A stretch of 64,000 bases of DNA from a virus (IMGVR_UViG_3300005512_005684:231003-295002), one strand, 5' to 3'; shown: positions 53,126 to 63,066, counted from the stretch's first letter. Numbers and translations: made by a program. Notes: a model not told the origin generated them from the sequence alone.

Positions 53126-54245
53126 GACTGAACCGTTCCACGTGAATCGACCGAATCTACCGGACCCAGGCGGGACGGCCAAGTTCTTTGCCGGTCTCGG
53201 AGACATGTTAAACCGACGTTGGCTGACGAATGATGGCAAGTATGTCCGGGAGTTCGAGCGGAAGATGGAAGATATGGTGGGAGCGCGTTACGCGATTGCT
53301 ATGGCGAACGGGACTCTCGGTTTGATGTTGACTCTACAGGCGTGTAAGCGAGATGGGCTTACCAAGGTCTTGGTTCCGGCGTTTACCTTTCCTGCTACGG
53401 TCTTGTCGATCTTGTGGTGTGGCTGCGAGCCGGTATTCTGCGACGTTGACGAAGAGACTCATTGTCTTTCTCTCGCGGAAACGCGTGCGAAATGGGAGGA
53501 TGGTGTGGGTGTCGTTATGCCGGTGAATGTGTGGGGGAATTGCTGTGCGTTCCATCCATCTGACCTAGCGACGTTGCCAGAGACGCGAGTGATCTACGAT
53601 TCGGCACATGCTCTAGGGTGTAAGGTGCGCGGTATTCCTGTGGGGAATTTTGGGACGGCGGAGGTATTCAGCTTTCACGCTACGAAGACATGTCATGCTT
53701 TCGAGGGTGGTGTTGTGTGTACTGGGTCAACGGAGCTTGCAGAAAGACTGCGATCCATGAGGAACTTTGGGTATCCTGGACGTGGGCACTCCGATATTGA
53801 AACCCTTGGAATGAACGCAAAGATGTCTGAGGTTCACGCCCTTATGGGAACTTGTACCTTGGACAACTTCCTTGATTTCATGCGTGTCAACGAGAGGAAC
53901 TACCAGTGTTACAGGGATTGTCTGCATGATGTCGAGGGGGTGTCAATCCTGGAGTATGATCCAGCGGTTCAAGGGAACTACCAGTACATCGTGTGTCGGA
54001 TCGCTGGAGGACTGGAGAATCGTAACTTTGTGCATGAGTTCTTGACTGAGCGCGGTGTGATAGCCAAGCGCTACTACTTCCCAGGGTGCCACAAGCTCAC
54101 GATTTTCAATCGGTGGTACGTTGACCTTCCAGTGACAGATCGGTTGTGTGAGAGCGTTTTGGTCTTGCCGAATGGAACCGACCTTGACGAGGATGACGTT
54201 GAATGGATTTGTGGCCTTGTGTCTAAGGCCGTTGCCTCGCTATGA
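53115..54245 (+). CDS. DegT-family aminotransferase (VioA-like)
   Basis: ANGTLGL, IYDSAHA, FSFHATK..EGG, GMNAKMSE, RYYFP. Confidence 0.93.
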   Translation: MRRRTEPFHVNRPNLPDPGGTAKFFAGLGDMLNRRWLTNDGKYVREFERKMEDMVGARYAIAMANGTLGLMLTLQACKRDGLTKVLVPAFTFPATVLSILWCGCEPVFCDVDEETHCLSLAETRAKWEDGVGVVMPVNVWGNCCAFHPSDLATLPETRVIYDSAHALGCKVRGIPVGNFGTAEVFSFHATKTCHAFEGGVVCTGSTELAERLRSMRNFGYPGRGHSDIETLGMNAKMSEVHALMGTCTLDNFLDFMRVNERNYQCYRDCLHDVEGVSILEYDPAVQGNYQYIVCRIAGGLENRNFVHEFLTERGVIAKRYYFPGCHKLTIFNRWYVDLPVTDRLCESVLVLPNGTDLDEDDVEWICGLVSKAVASL

Positions 54246-54274
54246 AAGTTGAAGACCTTTAAGGGGGACTTGAC

Positions 54275-55021
54275 ATGAAAGGTGTTGTTCTTGCAGGTGG
54301 GCTAGGAACTAGGTTGCATCCGATGACTCTGGTAACGAACAAGCATTTGCTTCCGGTGTACGATCAGCCGATGATCTATTTTCCTATTCAGGCTGTAGCC
54401 GAAGCTGGAATGAAGGAAGTGTTGCTGGTCGTCGGGGGCAATAGCTGCGGTGATTTTCTTCCGTTGCTTGGAGACGGCAAAAAGTTCGGTTTGAAAGAAC
54501 TCCATTATGCGTTTCAGAGTGAGCCTGGAGGTATTGCTCAAGCGCTTGACCTGGCGGAAGACTTCGCTGACGGGGACCCGATTCTCGTGATTCTGGGCGA
54601 TAACATCTTCAGTGACCGTTTGGCACCCGCCGTGCGCCGTTATCTTCACGATCAGGATGGTGAGGGGGCGCGCATTTTTGTGACAGAGGTCGAACACCCG
54701 GAGCACTTCGGTGTCCCGGAAATGGATGGAGACAAGGTGACCTCTATTGTCGAGAAACCGAAAGAACCGAAAACGAACATGGCGGTGGTGGGAATCTACA
54801 TGTACGATGCCAGCGTCTTTGAGGTGATCAAGACGCTGGAGCCTTCCGGTCGCGGTGAACTTGAGATCACCGATGTCAACAACTCGTATATCGAGCGTGG
54901 ACAGATGATGTCAGAGATACTGAAGGGGTGGTGGATTGATTCAGGTAGTAGTGAAGAGAATCTTTACGATGCTTCGACGTTGGTTCGCAAGCTGCGTAAG
55001 GAACAGTCTGAGGGAGAGTAA
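54275..55021 (+). CDS. rmlA: Glucose-1-phosphate thymidylyltransferase (short RmlA/SpsI type)
   Basis: GVVLAGGLGTRL.P.T...KHLLPVYD.PMI, LGDN, EKP, PSGRGELEITD. Confidence 0.92.
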   Translation: MKGVVLAGGLGTRLHPMTLVTNKHLLPVYDQPMIYFPIQAVAEAGMKEVLLVVGGNSCGDFLPLLGDGKKFGLKELHYAFQSEPGGIAQALDLAEDFADGDPILVILGDNIFSDRLAPAVRRYLHDQDGEGARIFVTEVEHPEHFGVPEMDGDKVTSIVEKPKEPKTNMAVVGIYMYDASVFEVIKTLEPSGRGELEITDVNNSYIERGQMMSEILKGWWIDSGSSEENLYDASTLVRKLRKEQSEGE

Positions 55022-55022
55022 C

Positions 55023-56057
55023 ATGGAAAGAAACAAAGACCCTGAGCTACGCCGCGTTCGACGGCGTAAACTTGACTTTCTTGTCGGGGCGAACTGGAGA
55101 ATGTGCGAGTACGGTCAGAATTTTGGCCGTACTGCGTGGCGTTCTGACGATAGCAAGTTACAGGTTATTGAGGTCGAGCTTAGGGAAGTTCTAAGCGAGA
55201 TCGCGGATGCTGGAATGAATGTTCTACGAGTTGATCTTGTGGCCGATGGCCGCACGTTATACGACGATAAGTGTCGGCTTGTAGAATCGTCGATAGTTCC
55301 GTTCTATGAGGATGTTCGGTTCTTCCTGAACCTGGTAGCTGAGTTTGGGATCAGGGTCATTTTTGTGATCTTGGATCGTGTTGTTGCTGGTATTCACGAG
55401 GTGGTGGACGGGGTGACGATTCGTGGTCGTCAAAAGCTGCTCACCGATGGGACGACAGTGAGCGTGTTCGTTGACTCATTCCTGATCCCTTTCTTGAATG
55501 AGTTTGGGTATCATGAATCGGTACTTGCCTTTGATGTTCTCAATGATGCCGAGCGTATCGTTAGTCAATCGGCGGGAGGGTTGTGGGAAAGTGACGAGTC
55601 AAGAATGGATGTGCCGGAGGTCCCGTTGAAAACGGTTAAGTCTTTGCGCGCGTACTTCAAGTCGTGTCAAGGTGCTATTCACACTCACTCAAGCAAGTAC
55701 TGTACGATAGGTTGTTCAGCCAGGTGCTTTGGGTTGATGGAGAACTTCCGAGCAGACTTCATGTCACTGAACTACTATCCGTGGACAGGACGGATTCAGG
55801 ATATGGTGACTGCAAAAGGAGTGCTTGATGTGGCGAAGGGACGTACCAAGTTGGGGAAGGTTTTGATTAGTCAGTATCCGTTGAATCATACGGATTGGGG
55901 ACCCGAGAGGTATCTAAGCGAAGCAAAAGACAATGGATTGCTCGGAGCCATTGCGTGGAACCTTCGTCCTGGGGAAGACAAATGGTGTCCGGCAACGAGG
56001 GAAGAAAGAAAGGTTATGATTGGGAAAATCGGTGAATGGGTAGCCAAGAATATGTAG
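55023..56057 (+). CDS. GH5/clan-A-like TIM barrel, probably catalytically altered
   Basis: GANW, GMNVLR, LAFDVLNDAE (vs NEPE), NYYPW, ISQYP (vs GEFP), GAIAW. Confidence 0.65.
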   Translation: MERNKDPELRRVRRRKLDFLVGANWRMCEYGQNFGRTAWRSDDSKLQVIEVELREVLSEIADAGMNVLRVDLVADGRTLYDDKCRLVESSIVPFYEDVRFFLNLVAEFGIRVIFVILDRVVAGIHEVVDGVTIRGRQKLLTDGTTVSVFVDSFLIPFLNEFGYHESVLAFDVLNDAERIVSQSAGGLWESDESRMDVPEVPLKTVKSLRAYFKSCQGAIHTHSSKYCTIGCSARCFGLMENFRADFMSLNYYPWTGRIQDMVTAKGVLDVAKGRTKLGKVLISQYPLNHTDWGPERYLSEAKDNGLLGAIAWNLRPGEDKWCPATREERKVMIGKIGEWVAKNM

Positions 56058-56064
56058 GTGTAGT

Positions 56065-57261
56065 ATGTCGAGAGTTCTCGTACCTGGTGTTAGTAGCTCG
56101 GTGTGTGGGGTACAGAACTTCACGTCTCAGTGGACTCGGTACTTTGGTGGGATTGAGTTCCTTGATGACGGCGACGAGGTGGGTGACGAGGATGTACTGG
56201 TAGTAGATCATTTCGGTGGCAATCCGTGTAAGCGCTTTCGGATTGCTAATGGTGCGAAATTGGTCTATGTCGTTCACGAGGTTTGGGAGGACATGGCGGG
56301 GCCGCTGCGCGAAGCGTCATTTCTGATCTATATGAGTTCCTTACAGGAGTCCGTGGCGGCGAAGCTCCTGGGAATTAAGGCCCCGAACATCGTGTGTTTT
56401 GGACATCCGTATGAGGACTTTGGTATTGCCGGGAGGCGAGCTAAGGCAATCTATCTCGGTGGGTGGCTGAAGATCGATAAGGCCGATGGCTTGGTTGGTC
56501 GGATGCGAACACTTGCAAAGCAGTACCCGGAGTATGAGCTTCGATGCTATTTCATACTCAATGACCGGGTTTACCTGGAGACCTTACAGTACTTTCAGTG
56601 GCGCGTACGCTTCGATCCGGTTCTTGATGGGCGAGTGAAGTTCTTCAAGGCGGATGACTTCAGCTTTGAGGAAATGAAGCATAACATGGCGGCTTGTGAG
56701 TACGCGTTCCTTTGGAGAAATGAGCCGACGTTGCAGGAGGTCCAGGAGCTTATCGAGAAAGGTAGTGAACGAGTTCTCCAGGTGAAGATTGGTGACAGCG
56801 GTATGTTGGCTAATGCTATCGGGGCCGGGTGTAAGTTGATTGTTGAAGAGTGCTCTCGGTTCTACACTCACCTGGTTCCTGAAGGACGGAGACCTACGTT
56901 TCGAGATTTCGCTGGACGTGTCAAGGAAGCAGTTGAGCGTGTTCGCACTTTGCCGAATCCCGAACCGATTTTTGAGGTTGTGAGTATCGAGTTTGGTGAC
57001 TTGGAACAACCGTGGACGATGCGGTTTGTGACGGAGAAAGTTCGTAGCTTGGTTCGCAAGAATCCAAGAGCGGGACGGTGGAATCGCAACGGCATGTTGC
57101 TCTCGTGCAATCAGAACAAGTTCTTCGGGTTGTCCGAGGGAGTTAGTAAGTCAATGCGTGTGGTTTACCGATACAACGGTGTGGAAAGGATGGCGGTGTT
57201 TCCTGAGAACATGACGGTGAATGTGCCTTACAGTGGACATGAGGAAGTAAGGAGTCGATAG
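56065..57261 (+). CDS. Putative GT-B-like protein with small C-terminal domain
   Basis: CGVQNFT, DSGMLANAIGAG; cluster context. Confidence 0.5.
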   Translation: MSRVLVPGVSSSVCGVQNFTSQWTRYFGGIEFLDDGDEVGDEDVLVVDHFGGNPCKRFRIANGAKLVYVVHEVWEDMAGPLREASFLIYMSSLQESVAAKLLGIKAPNIVCFGHPYEDFGIAGRRAKAIYLGGWLKIDKADGLVGRMRTLAKQYPEYELRCYFILNDRVYLETLQYFQWRVRFDPVLDGRVKFFKADDFSFEEMKHNMAACEYAFLWRNEPTLQEVQELIEKGSERVLQVKIGDSGMLANAIGAGCKLIVEECSRFYTHLVPEGRRPTFRDFAGRVKEAVERVRTLPNPEPIFEVVSIEFGDLEQPWTMRFVTEKVRSLVRKNPRAGRWNRNGMLLSCNQNKFFGLSEGVSKSMRVVYRYNGVERMAVFPENMTVNVPYSGHEEVRSR

Positions 57262-57263
57262 TC

Positions 57264-57974
57264 ATGGAAGAACGTTTTCAGATGTTCTGGTACGAGGGAA
57301 GGCCGAACTGGATTGCTGAAGCGAGCATTCGTTCTTTCGTGAGTTTCTCGGATGTCGAGGTAGATGTCTATTCATACGACCCGGATGGTGATCCGGGGAT
57401 TGACGGCTGCGTGTGGAAGGATGCACGTGAGATACTGGACTTCGAGGTCGCAGAGTCTTACAGGAAGAACATGAAGTCTTACTCGTCTTCGTCGAACCTA
57501 TTCCGATACCGGTTGCTTTACCTGAAAGGTGGGTGGTACTTCGATACGGATTGCATCCTTCACCGGCGTCTCGACTCTTTGTTCGACCGGCCAATGGTCT
57601 TCGGAAAAGAGTCTCCTCAGTGGTGCGTGGTTGGTGTGTTACGTTTCCCCGCTGGTATGGATATGTTCCAACAGATGTACGACGAGTGTGTTGCGATTCC
57701 GCCTGAGAAATATCGTTGGGGAATGGCTGGACCGAAGATGTTCCACAAGCACGTCAAGGCGAATGGTCTGGAACACTTGGCGTTGCCGCCCGTGTACTTT
57801 TATCCGGTTCACTTTACTCAGATTGCGCGGTTCAAGAAACCTCTGGTACTAGATGAACGAACGTTCATTGTTCACTTGTGGAATGAGGCACTTCGTAGGA
57901 AAGGGTGGCAAGAGGGTGACCTCCATCCGACAGTGTTGTCGCCTACCGAGACTCAATCGGTGGAATGGTGTTAG
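57264..57974 (+). CDS. GT32 (DxD sugar-binding) glycosyltransferase
   Basis: SNLFRYRLLY..GGWYFDTD, GP, FYPV, VHLWNE. Confidence 0.88.
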   Translation: MEERFQMFWYEGRPNWIAEASIRSFVSFSDVEVDVYSYDPDGDPGIDGCVWKDAREILDFEVAESYRKNMKSYSSSSNLFRYRLLYLKGGWYFDTDCILHRRLDSLFDRPMVFGKESPQWCVVGVLRFPAGMDMFQQMYDECVAIPPEKYRWGMAGPKMFHKHVKANGLEHLALPPVYFYPVHFTQIARFKKPLVLDERTFIVHLWNEALRRKGWQEGDLHPTVLSPTETQSVEWC

Positions 57975-57975
57975 T

Positions 57976-58809
57976 ATGGTGGACTTGAAAGACTACACAC
58001 TTGCCGTTGTCGCTAACCATAACGTCTTCGGCTTCCTGAAGCAGTTGGTCGTGTGCTTACAATGGAAAGGGATACTCTTCCGCAGTTTGTGTGTGGGAGA
58101 CGCCGGGTTGCTTGACACGGAGGTTGAGTGGCTCGAAATGGTTTTGGGCAATCGGTTGACACGCTTTCCGTTAGCGAAGCAGTTCAAGCAGGAAGGGATT
58201 GTGACTCAGGATGGAACATACCGGGAGATCATATCTCAGAGAATCCCGTTCTTGCGTTACGTGTTCGGTGAATGTGCCGGCGCGCCGGTGTTGCAGTTGG
58301 ATGCGGATACGGCCATTATTGACAATGACTTTTCTCTCGTTGATCCGAACAGTGATTTGACGCTGACGGTGCGGGAGGTGACGAGCTTAGAACATGCTCT
58401 GGGTAAGAACGAAAAGGAGTATCCTAATCTCGGTGTAGTGTTTTGGAACCGACCGGAACGTTGCTATGACTTCCTGAGCGCGTGGGAGGTTGTACAACGA
58501 ACAACGAATCCGTGCGTTGGTCAATTCGAGCAGGGCTTCTTTTACAGAGCTATGTCGAGTTCGGATTTCTCTCGGTTGTCCGTTCAGCGAGTGCATTGTC
58601 GTTACTACAATTGCTATCGGGCAAAGTGGATTGAGTCTCAGACCTCGGTGCTTCACTACAAGGGAGACCGTCGTGTGCACCGGATGCGTTCGCCGTTTTA
58701 CGAGCGGTGTCGCCGGTTGAACTGCACTGCGTTTGGTGTTGAGGGGCCAATTGAAGAGGATATGTTGTACCACGGGAGATCAATGTGCGAGACGATCCGA
58801 TTATTCTAG
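57976..58809 (+). CDS. Nucleotide-diphospho-sugar transferase (GT-A, GT77/GT8-like)
   Basis: LQLDADT, NLGVVF, EQ, YN, LHYKG. Confidence 0.75.
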   Translation: MVDLKDYTLAVVANHNVFGFLKQLVVCLQWKGILFRSLCVGDAGLLDTEVEWLEMVLGNRLTRFPLAKQFKQEGIVTQDGTYREIISQRIPFLRYVFGECAGAPVLQLDADTAIIDNDFSLVDPNSDLTLTVREVTSLEHALGKNEKEYPNLGVVFWNRPERCYDFLSAWEVVQRTTNPCVGQFEQGFFYRAMSSSDFSRLSVQRVHCRYYNCYRAKWIESQTSVLHYKGDRRVHRMRSPFYERCRRLNCTAFGVEGPIEEDMLYHGRSMCETIRLF

Positions 58810-59528
58810 TAGGTGTGAATCACTCTGGTACAAGCTACGTGTCTAAGATGTTGGCGCGTATGGGTTGCTTTGCTGGTAACTTTTGGCTGAAACCCATGCG
58901 CTACGAGGAACACTTTCATAACAGGGTACATCGGATGTTGGTGGCCTCTGAATTCTATCGGATGCGCGGTCGCTTTCTGGGTGATCAGACTTGGAATGGA
59001 GCGGTATTCGATCCTGATTTTGTGACTCGGTGTGGTGACGGTCTTAACTATTTCGAGTTTGTGAAGGGATACCTGGAAGGGTTGTTTGGCGGTGAGTGTG
59101 AGGGGGCGCAGTCGTGGTACTGGAAGTGTCCTACGTCTGCGTTATTCATGAAGCTCTGGAAAAAGGTTTACCCCAACGCACGGTTCGTTCACTTGGTTCG
59201 TGACGGTCGAGACGTGGCTTGTAGTCTGGCTAAGCTGAGGATAGGGAGAAAGGAGATCGGTCGTAAGGTGGGTTTCAGGTTGTGGAACCTCTACATATCC
59301 AAGATTGATGTAGAGTTGCCAGAGGATTCAATGGTCGTGCGTTATGAGCGGCTGGCGACGGAGCTACCGAAGATCGCCGTACGGTTTGGTCTGGAATATA
59401 CTCCAGAAGTATCAGCGTCTTACAGACCACGCGTTGGGGCGTGGCGAAAGTTTCAGGATGATTTTACCGACGTTGACGAGAGCAATCTGGACAAACATGG
59501 ATATCCGGTACGATGGTCTTTGGTGTAG
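58785..59528 (+). CDS. Sulfotransferase
   Basis: GVNHSGTS, WKCP, LVRDGRDVACS, VRYE. Confidence 0.9.
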   Translation: MRDDPIILVGVNHSGTSYVSKMLARMGCFAGNFWLKPMRYEEHFHNRVHRMLVASEFYRMRGRFLGDQTWNGAVFDPDFVTRCGDGLNYFEFVKGYLEGLFGGECEGAQSWYWKCPTSALFMKLWKKVYPNARFVHLVRDGRDVACSLAKLRIGRKEIGRKVGFRLWNLYISKIDVELPEDSMVVRYERLATELPKIAVRFGLEYTPEVSASYRPRVGAWRKFQDDFTDVDESNLDKHGYPVRWSLV

Positions 59529-60559
59529 GTAACAAGGTCATTTATATCGTCATGCGAGAGCTTACGGGTGACTTGCACAGGACGCTCGCACGCCTGGAGT
59601 CTCTTTGCATTGCGGATCCTAAGTTGACGGTGTGGTACAACGATGGCTACGTTCCGATTATTCGTGTGGTGGATGATCTCCGAGCGCGCATAGCCAGTCT
59701 GGAAGACACGGGGCAGTCAGAGCGAGACCCGCAAGAGTTTGCCGATGCGGTGACGATCATCATGCCTTTCCGGGGAGACAGTAGGAATGGGAAGTCTTTG
59801 CTCCGGCGTCTGGAGTTTTGTCTTCGGGCCTTCAATCTTCAATCGGGTTTGGTCGTTGCTAAAGAGCTTGTCGTTGTGTCGAGTGCGTCTTCCGCGGAAG
59901 TGAACGCAGAGCTTGCCGAGATCGTGACCCGGTACCAAAAGGTGCGCGTGGTCTATGACGACGAGCAATTCCGCTGGAGTCAGGCGAAGATCATTAACCG
60001 TGGAATCTTGGAGAGTGAAAGTCCGTACGTCATGTCAATCGACTGCGACATTGTGCTCCCTCACAAGTACCTCTGGAGGTTGTGTCAATCGTTGGCTGAG
60101 GACGCGTGTCTATACGGGATTGTGATACGCTTGAAGAACCACGAGGCGGTTCGTGATACTCCCAACGTGCACGAGTTGACGTGGGAGGGTTTCAGGACTC
60201 TCTTCCCTAAGATGACGAGTCGCCAGCCGGTGTCTGATCATTGTGGCACTGGACCGATTACGGTGCCGCGGAAGGTGATTGAGAGCATCGGTGGGTGGGA
60301 CGATAGCTTCATTGACTACGGGTACGAGGACTACGATGTCTTACAGAGGATTCGGCGCTCCGGCTGCGAGGTCCTGGGTAAGATGGGTCTCTTTTGCTTT
60401 CACCTCGACCATTCTGCGAATCCGATAAGGGGGAAGCATACCGGGAAGAACCGGGAAATGTACTTGCATGGTAAGGCGGCTTTCAGGAAGACGGAACTTT
60501 ACCATCGGCTAGTGGAAGCCGGGAGAATAGAGGATGTATCTGGAAGCAGTGACAGTTAG
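59513..60559 (+). CDS. GT2/GT7-like glycosyltransferase
   Basis: IIMPFR, INRG, IDCDI, GGWDDSFIDYGYEDYD. Confidence 0.88.
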   Translation: MVFGVGNKVIYIVMRELTGDLHRTLARLESLCIADPKLTVWYNDGYVPIIRVVDDLRARIASLEDTGQSERDPQEFADAVTIIMPFRGDSRNGKSLLRRLEFCLRAFNLQSGLVVAKELVVVSSASSAEVNAELAEIVTRYQKVRVVYDDEQFRWSQAKIINRGILESESPYVMSIDCDIVLPHKYLWRLCQSLAEDACLYGIVIRLKNHEAVRDTPNVHELTWEGFRTLFPKMTSRQPVSDHCGTGPITVPRKVIESIGGWDDSFIDYGYEDYDVLQRIRRSGCEVLGKMGLFCFHLDHSANPIRGKHTGKNREMYLHGKAAFRKTELYHRLVEAGRIEDVSGSSDS

Positions 60560-61235
60560 CGTTGGGTACTCCGATTATCTGGAGTTCACGATGTCACGGA
60601 ACCGACCTCACTTTGATAGGTATGTCGTGGGAACAGTTCCAGAGGATGATGATACCATAGCGGTCTGCGCCAAGTATGACGTGGAGTGTGTGTTGACAGA
60701 GCAGTTCAAGAATGTGCAAGGGTTGAAGGGATTTCGAGGGTTAAATGACGACGTGGTGTGGTGTAAGAGCCGAGGGATCAATGAGTGTCTAGCGCGCTTG
60801 AGCTTTCGCGACTGGGTATTGCACATGGATGCCGACATTGTTCTCACGAAACGATTCCGAGAGCTACTTGAAGAGACCTATCTGGAAGAGTGTGGCATGT
60901 ATTCAATGGTGCGTTACAACACCCATCGTCGTGGTGTAGTTTTGAGTGTGTATAATGATTGTTTCAATTGGTATAGGAATCGTATGCGGTTTTCTTTGAA
61001 GCCTGCGGGCAAACGTGCCATCGGATACTTTCAGTTGTTCCATTCCCGTGCTGAGCCGTTTCTCAATGCCGGTGAGAAGTATTGTGTTTCCGTGAACGCG
61101 AGAGGTGATGGAATGTTCGGTGATTTGTGGGCGAGAGATGAACAGTGGCTTTTGTCAGGGGCTTGTGCCCATATCCATCATGGAGGTACGGGGGAGAATT
61201 GGAAAGGGCGAGTTACCCCTCCGTTGGACTGGTAA
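60534..61235 (+). CDS. GT-A fold glycosyltransferase
   Basis: YSDYL, KSRGIN, LHMDADI, GYFQLFH. Confidence 0.75.
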   Translation: MYLEAVTVSVGYSDYLEFTMSRNRPHFDRYVVGTVPEDDDTIAVCAKYDVECVLTEQFKNVQGLKGFRGLNDDVVWCKSRGINECLARLSFRDWVLHMDADIVLTKRFRELLEETYLEECGMYSMVRYNTHRRGVVLSVYNDCFNWYRNRMRFSLKPAGKRAIGYFQLFHSRAEPFLNAGEKYCVSVNARGDGMFGDLWARDEQWLLSGACAHIHHGGTGENWKGRVTPPLDW

Positions 61236-61330
61236 TCGAGAGTGGGTATTGGGCGGCGATTCTTAATCATTTTGTGAATGCCCATAGCAAGGGATTTACG
61301 CAATTCAGTCCGCAATTGCGAGGGGAGAAT

Positions 61331-61615
61331 ATGTCTCAGCAAAAGCTCGTAGTTCCGTTGGACGCGTTTGGCAGGACCGCCAGGCTCAAAGACAGGGATT
61401 TAATGCCCAAGGAAACGAGGCGTGAACCGGATGTGAGACCGCCGCGCACTGATTTGCGTAAGCCTGCCTTCAGGAAAAAGAAAGACCCGACGCGTAGGAA
61501 AGACAAGGATCGAAAGGACGAACTCGAAATCCTGGAGGATACAGACGTAACTCTCTCCAGTCGGGTGGTCTCGATAGCCGTGCGTGTGAAGGGGGAACCC
61601 AATGCCGCTCAATAG
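61331..61615 (+). CDS. Basic hypothetical protein
   Basis: GAGGGG RBS; REPDVRPPRTDLR. Confidence 0.65.
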   Translation: MSQQKLVVPLDAFGRTARLKDRDLMPKETRREPDVRPPRTDLRKPAFRKKKDPTRRKDKDRKDELEILEDTDVTLSSRVVSIAVRVKGEPNAAQ

Positions 61616-61988
61616 AAAATACCGAATCGGCGGACGGGGGAAACGTCGCAGGAAGCCTCCTACTGACCAGGTGACGATTGCTGGTACCACACCCGTTGAC
61701 GTTCCTGCGCCTGACGAAAAGACGATCCAGGAGGAAGTCTTCGAGGAAATGGAAGGGATTGAACATAGGCGTGACACCGGTGTTGCTGGACTGGACACCG
61801 CCGTGGATAAGGTTCTGTATATTCTTGCCAACGAAGTAGAGCCATGTCTTTCCGAGATCATCGAAGAGTCGGACTCTCTTGATCTGGAAGTGGCGCGTGA
61901 ACTCCGAGGTCTACTGGACGAAGCAATCTATCCGTACATGCGTGAGGTTGCAGAGCAAGTAGATCAGCTATTGGGAGAGGGGGAATAG
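61602..61988 (+). CDS. Hypothetical protein (basic N-terminus, acidic helical C-terminus)
   Basis: AGGGG RBS; packed ORF. Confidence 0.65.
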   Translation: MPLNRKYRIGGRGKRRRKPPTDQVTIAGTTPVDVPAPDEKTIQEEVFEEMEGIEHRRDTGVAGLDTAVDKVLYILANEVEPCLSEIIEESDSLDLEVARELRGLLDEAIYPYMREVAEQVDQLLGEGE

Positions 61989-61990
61989 CA

Positions 61991-62797
61991 GTGTTCAAGA
62001 GGATCATTGCTGATCTCAGAAAGAGACAGGCATTTGTCTCGAATCCCGTGCTCTATATGCGGGATTATCTTACGATGGGAGCAGTCGATGAAGGTAGAGA
62101 GTTGGCGCTTATGTATCCTCATGCCTTTGCTGAGTGGTTTGAAGCGAATGGTGAGCAGTATTACGAAGACGAGGATCAATTCGAGAACGCAGTGAATGAG
62201 TTGGCGGACGCTGAAGGGGACATGTACTCGGTCGAAATTCCAGACAGTGTTATGGAGGCGTTTCGTGAGTCGGGTATTGAGGCTGAGGTTATCCAGTATG
62301 CTGATTCACCCACCTTCCTTCACATGGACTTCGAGAAACTGGTCAAGAATCAGTGGCTCATTCACTTCACAAAGGATGCGAGGGCGTTGGCCTGCGGTGG
62401 CTTCAAGTATGGTATTGCCAATTTCGACCGGCTCGGTCTCACTACCCACTATACAGACAAGGCGAAGGAATCCGGTGGATACAACTTTGCATACTTGATC
62501 GATGACTTCGAGCGTTATGGTCGAAGTGATCGCGGTGGCTCGTGGAAGTATGGTGACGAGTGTGTGGTGTTCAAAGCAGCCGGCGCGCTCGTACATCATT
62601 GGGGAGACGAAGAAAGACAGGTCATTTTCTGGGGAAAGACGGCAAGAGACATTGTGGCGTTGTGGGAGGGAGACGGAGGTTGGCAGACTGACTACGATTC
62701 TCGTGATAAACCATGTTTCGCGTCGGAGAACCTGAGAGACGTAGTGGACTGGGTAGCGGCTAACTTCGACCAATACAAGAGATACCTGACTTGCTAG
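61991..62797 (+). CDS. Hypothetical protein
   Basis: Long ORF; WLIHFT...YG...E.QVIF is faintly ADP-ribosyltransferase-like but unconfirmed. Confidence 0.65.
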   Translation: MFKRIIADLRKRQAFVSNPVLYMRDYLTMGAVDEGRELALMYPHAFAEWFEANGEQYYEDEDQFENAVNELADAEGDMYSVEIPDSVMEAFRESGIEAEVIQYADSPTFLHMDFEKLVKNQWLIHFTKDARALACGGFKYGIANFDRLGLTTHYTDKAKESGGYNFAYLIDDFERYGRSDRGGSWKYGDECVVFKAAGALVHHWGDEERQVIFWGKTARDIVALWEGDGGWQTDYDSRDKPCFASENLRDVVDWVAANFDQYKRYLTC

Positions 62798-62810
62798 GGA
62801 ACGCGTACAC

Positions 62811-63011
62811 ATGAGGTTGACTCACGAGCAACGGGCGGAATTTCTGAGGCTATTTCACCTGGCCCGGGAGAAATACAGTAAGGAGTTTCTTTGCGACCGT
62901 CTGAACTTCACACCGAAGCAGTATGATCGTCTCGTGGAGCATGAAAAATTGCCACATATAGAGCAAGTAAGCCGTGCCCTGAGAGTGCTTCGAGAGCTTC
63001 GTAATTCTTGA
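62811..63011 (+). CDS. Small XRE-like HTH protein
   Basis: YSKEFLCDRLNFTPKQYDRLVEHEKLP. Confidence 0.55.
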   Translation: MRLTHEQRAEFLRLFHLAREKYSKEFLCDRLNFTPKQYDRLVEHEKLPHIEQVSRALRVLRELRNS

Positions 63012-63043
63012 CGCTATTTTTCTTTTTGTCTTCGTGTATTGCA

Positions 63044-63066
63044 AGAGGGGTTTTGGAACTGGTATG
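63044..63066 (+). promoter_or_regulatory. Repeated upstream motif AGAGGGGTTTTGGARCTKGT + start codon (copy 2)
   Basis: Matches 26255-26277. Confidence 0.6.

Noticed and set aside
61991-62797. ADP-ribosyltransferase call
   Set aside because: Only a faint H...Y...E pattern; not supportable without a profile search.
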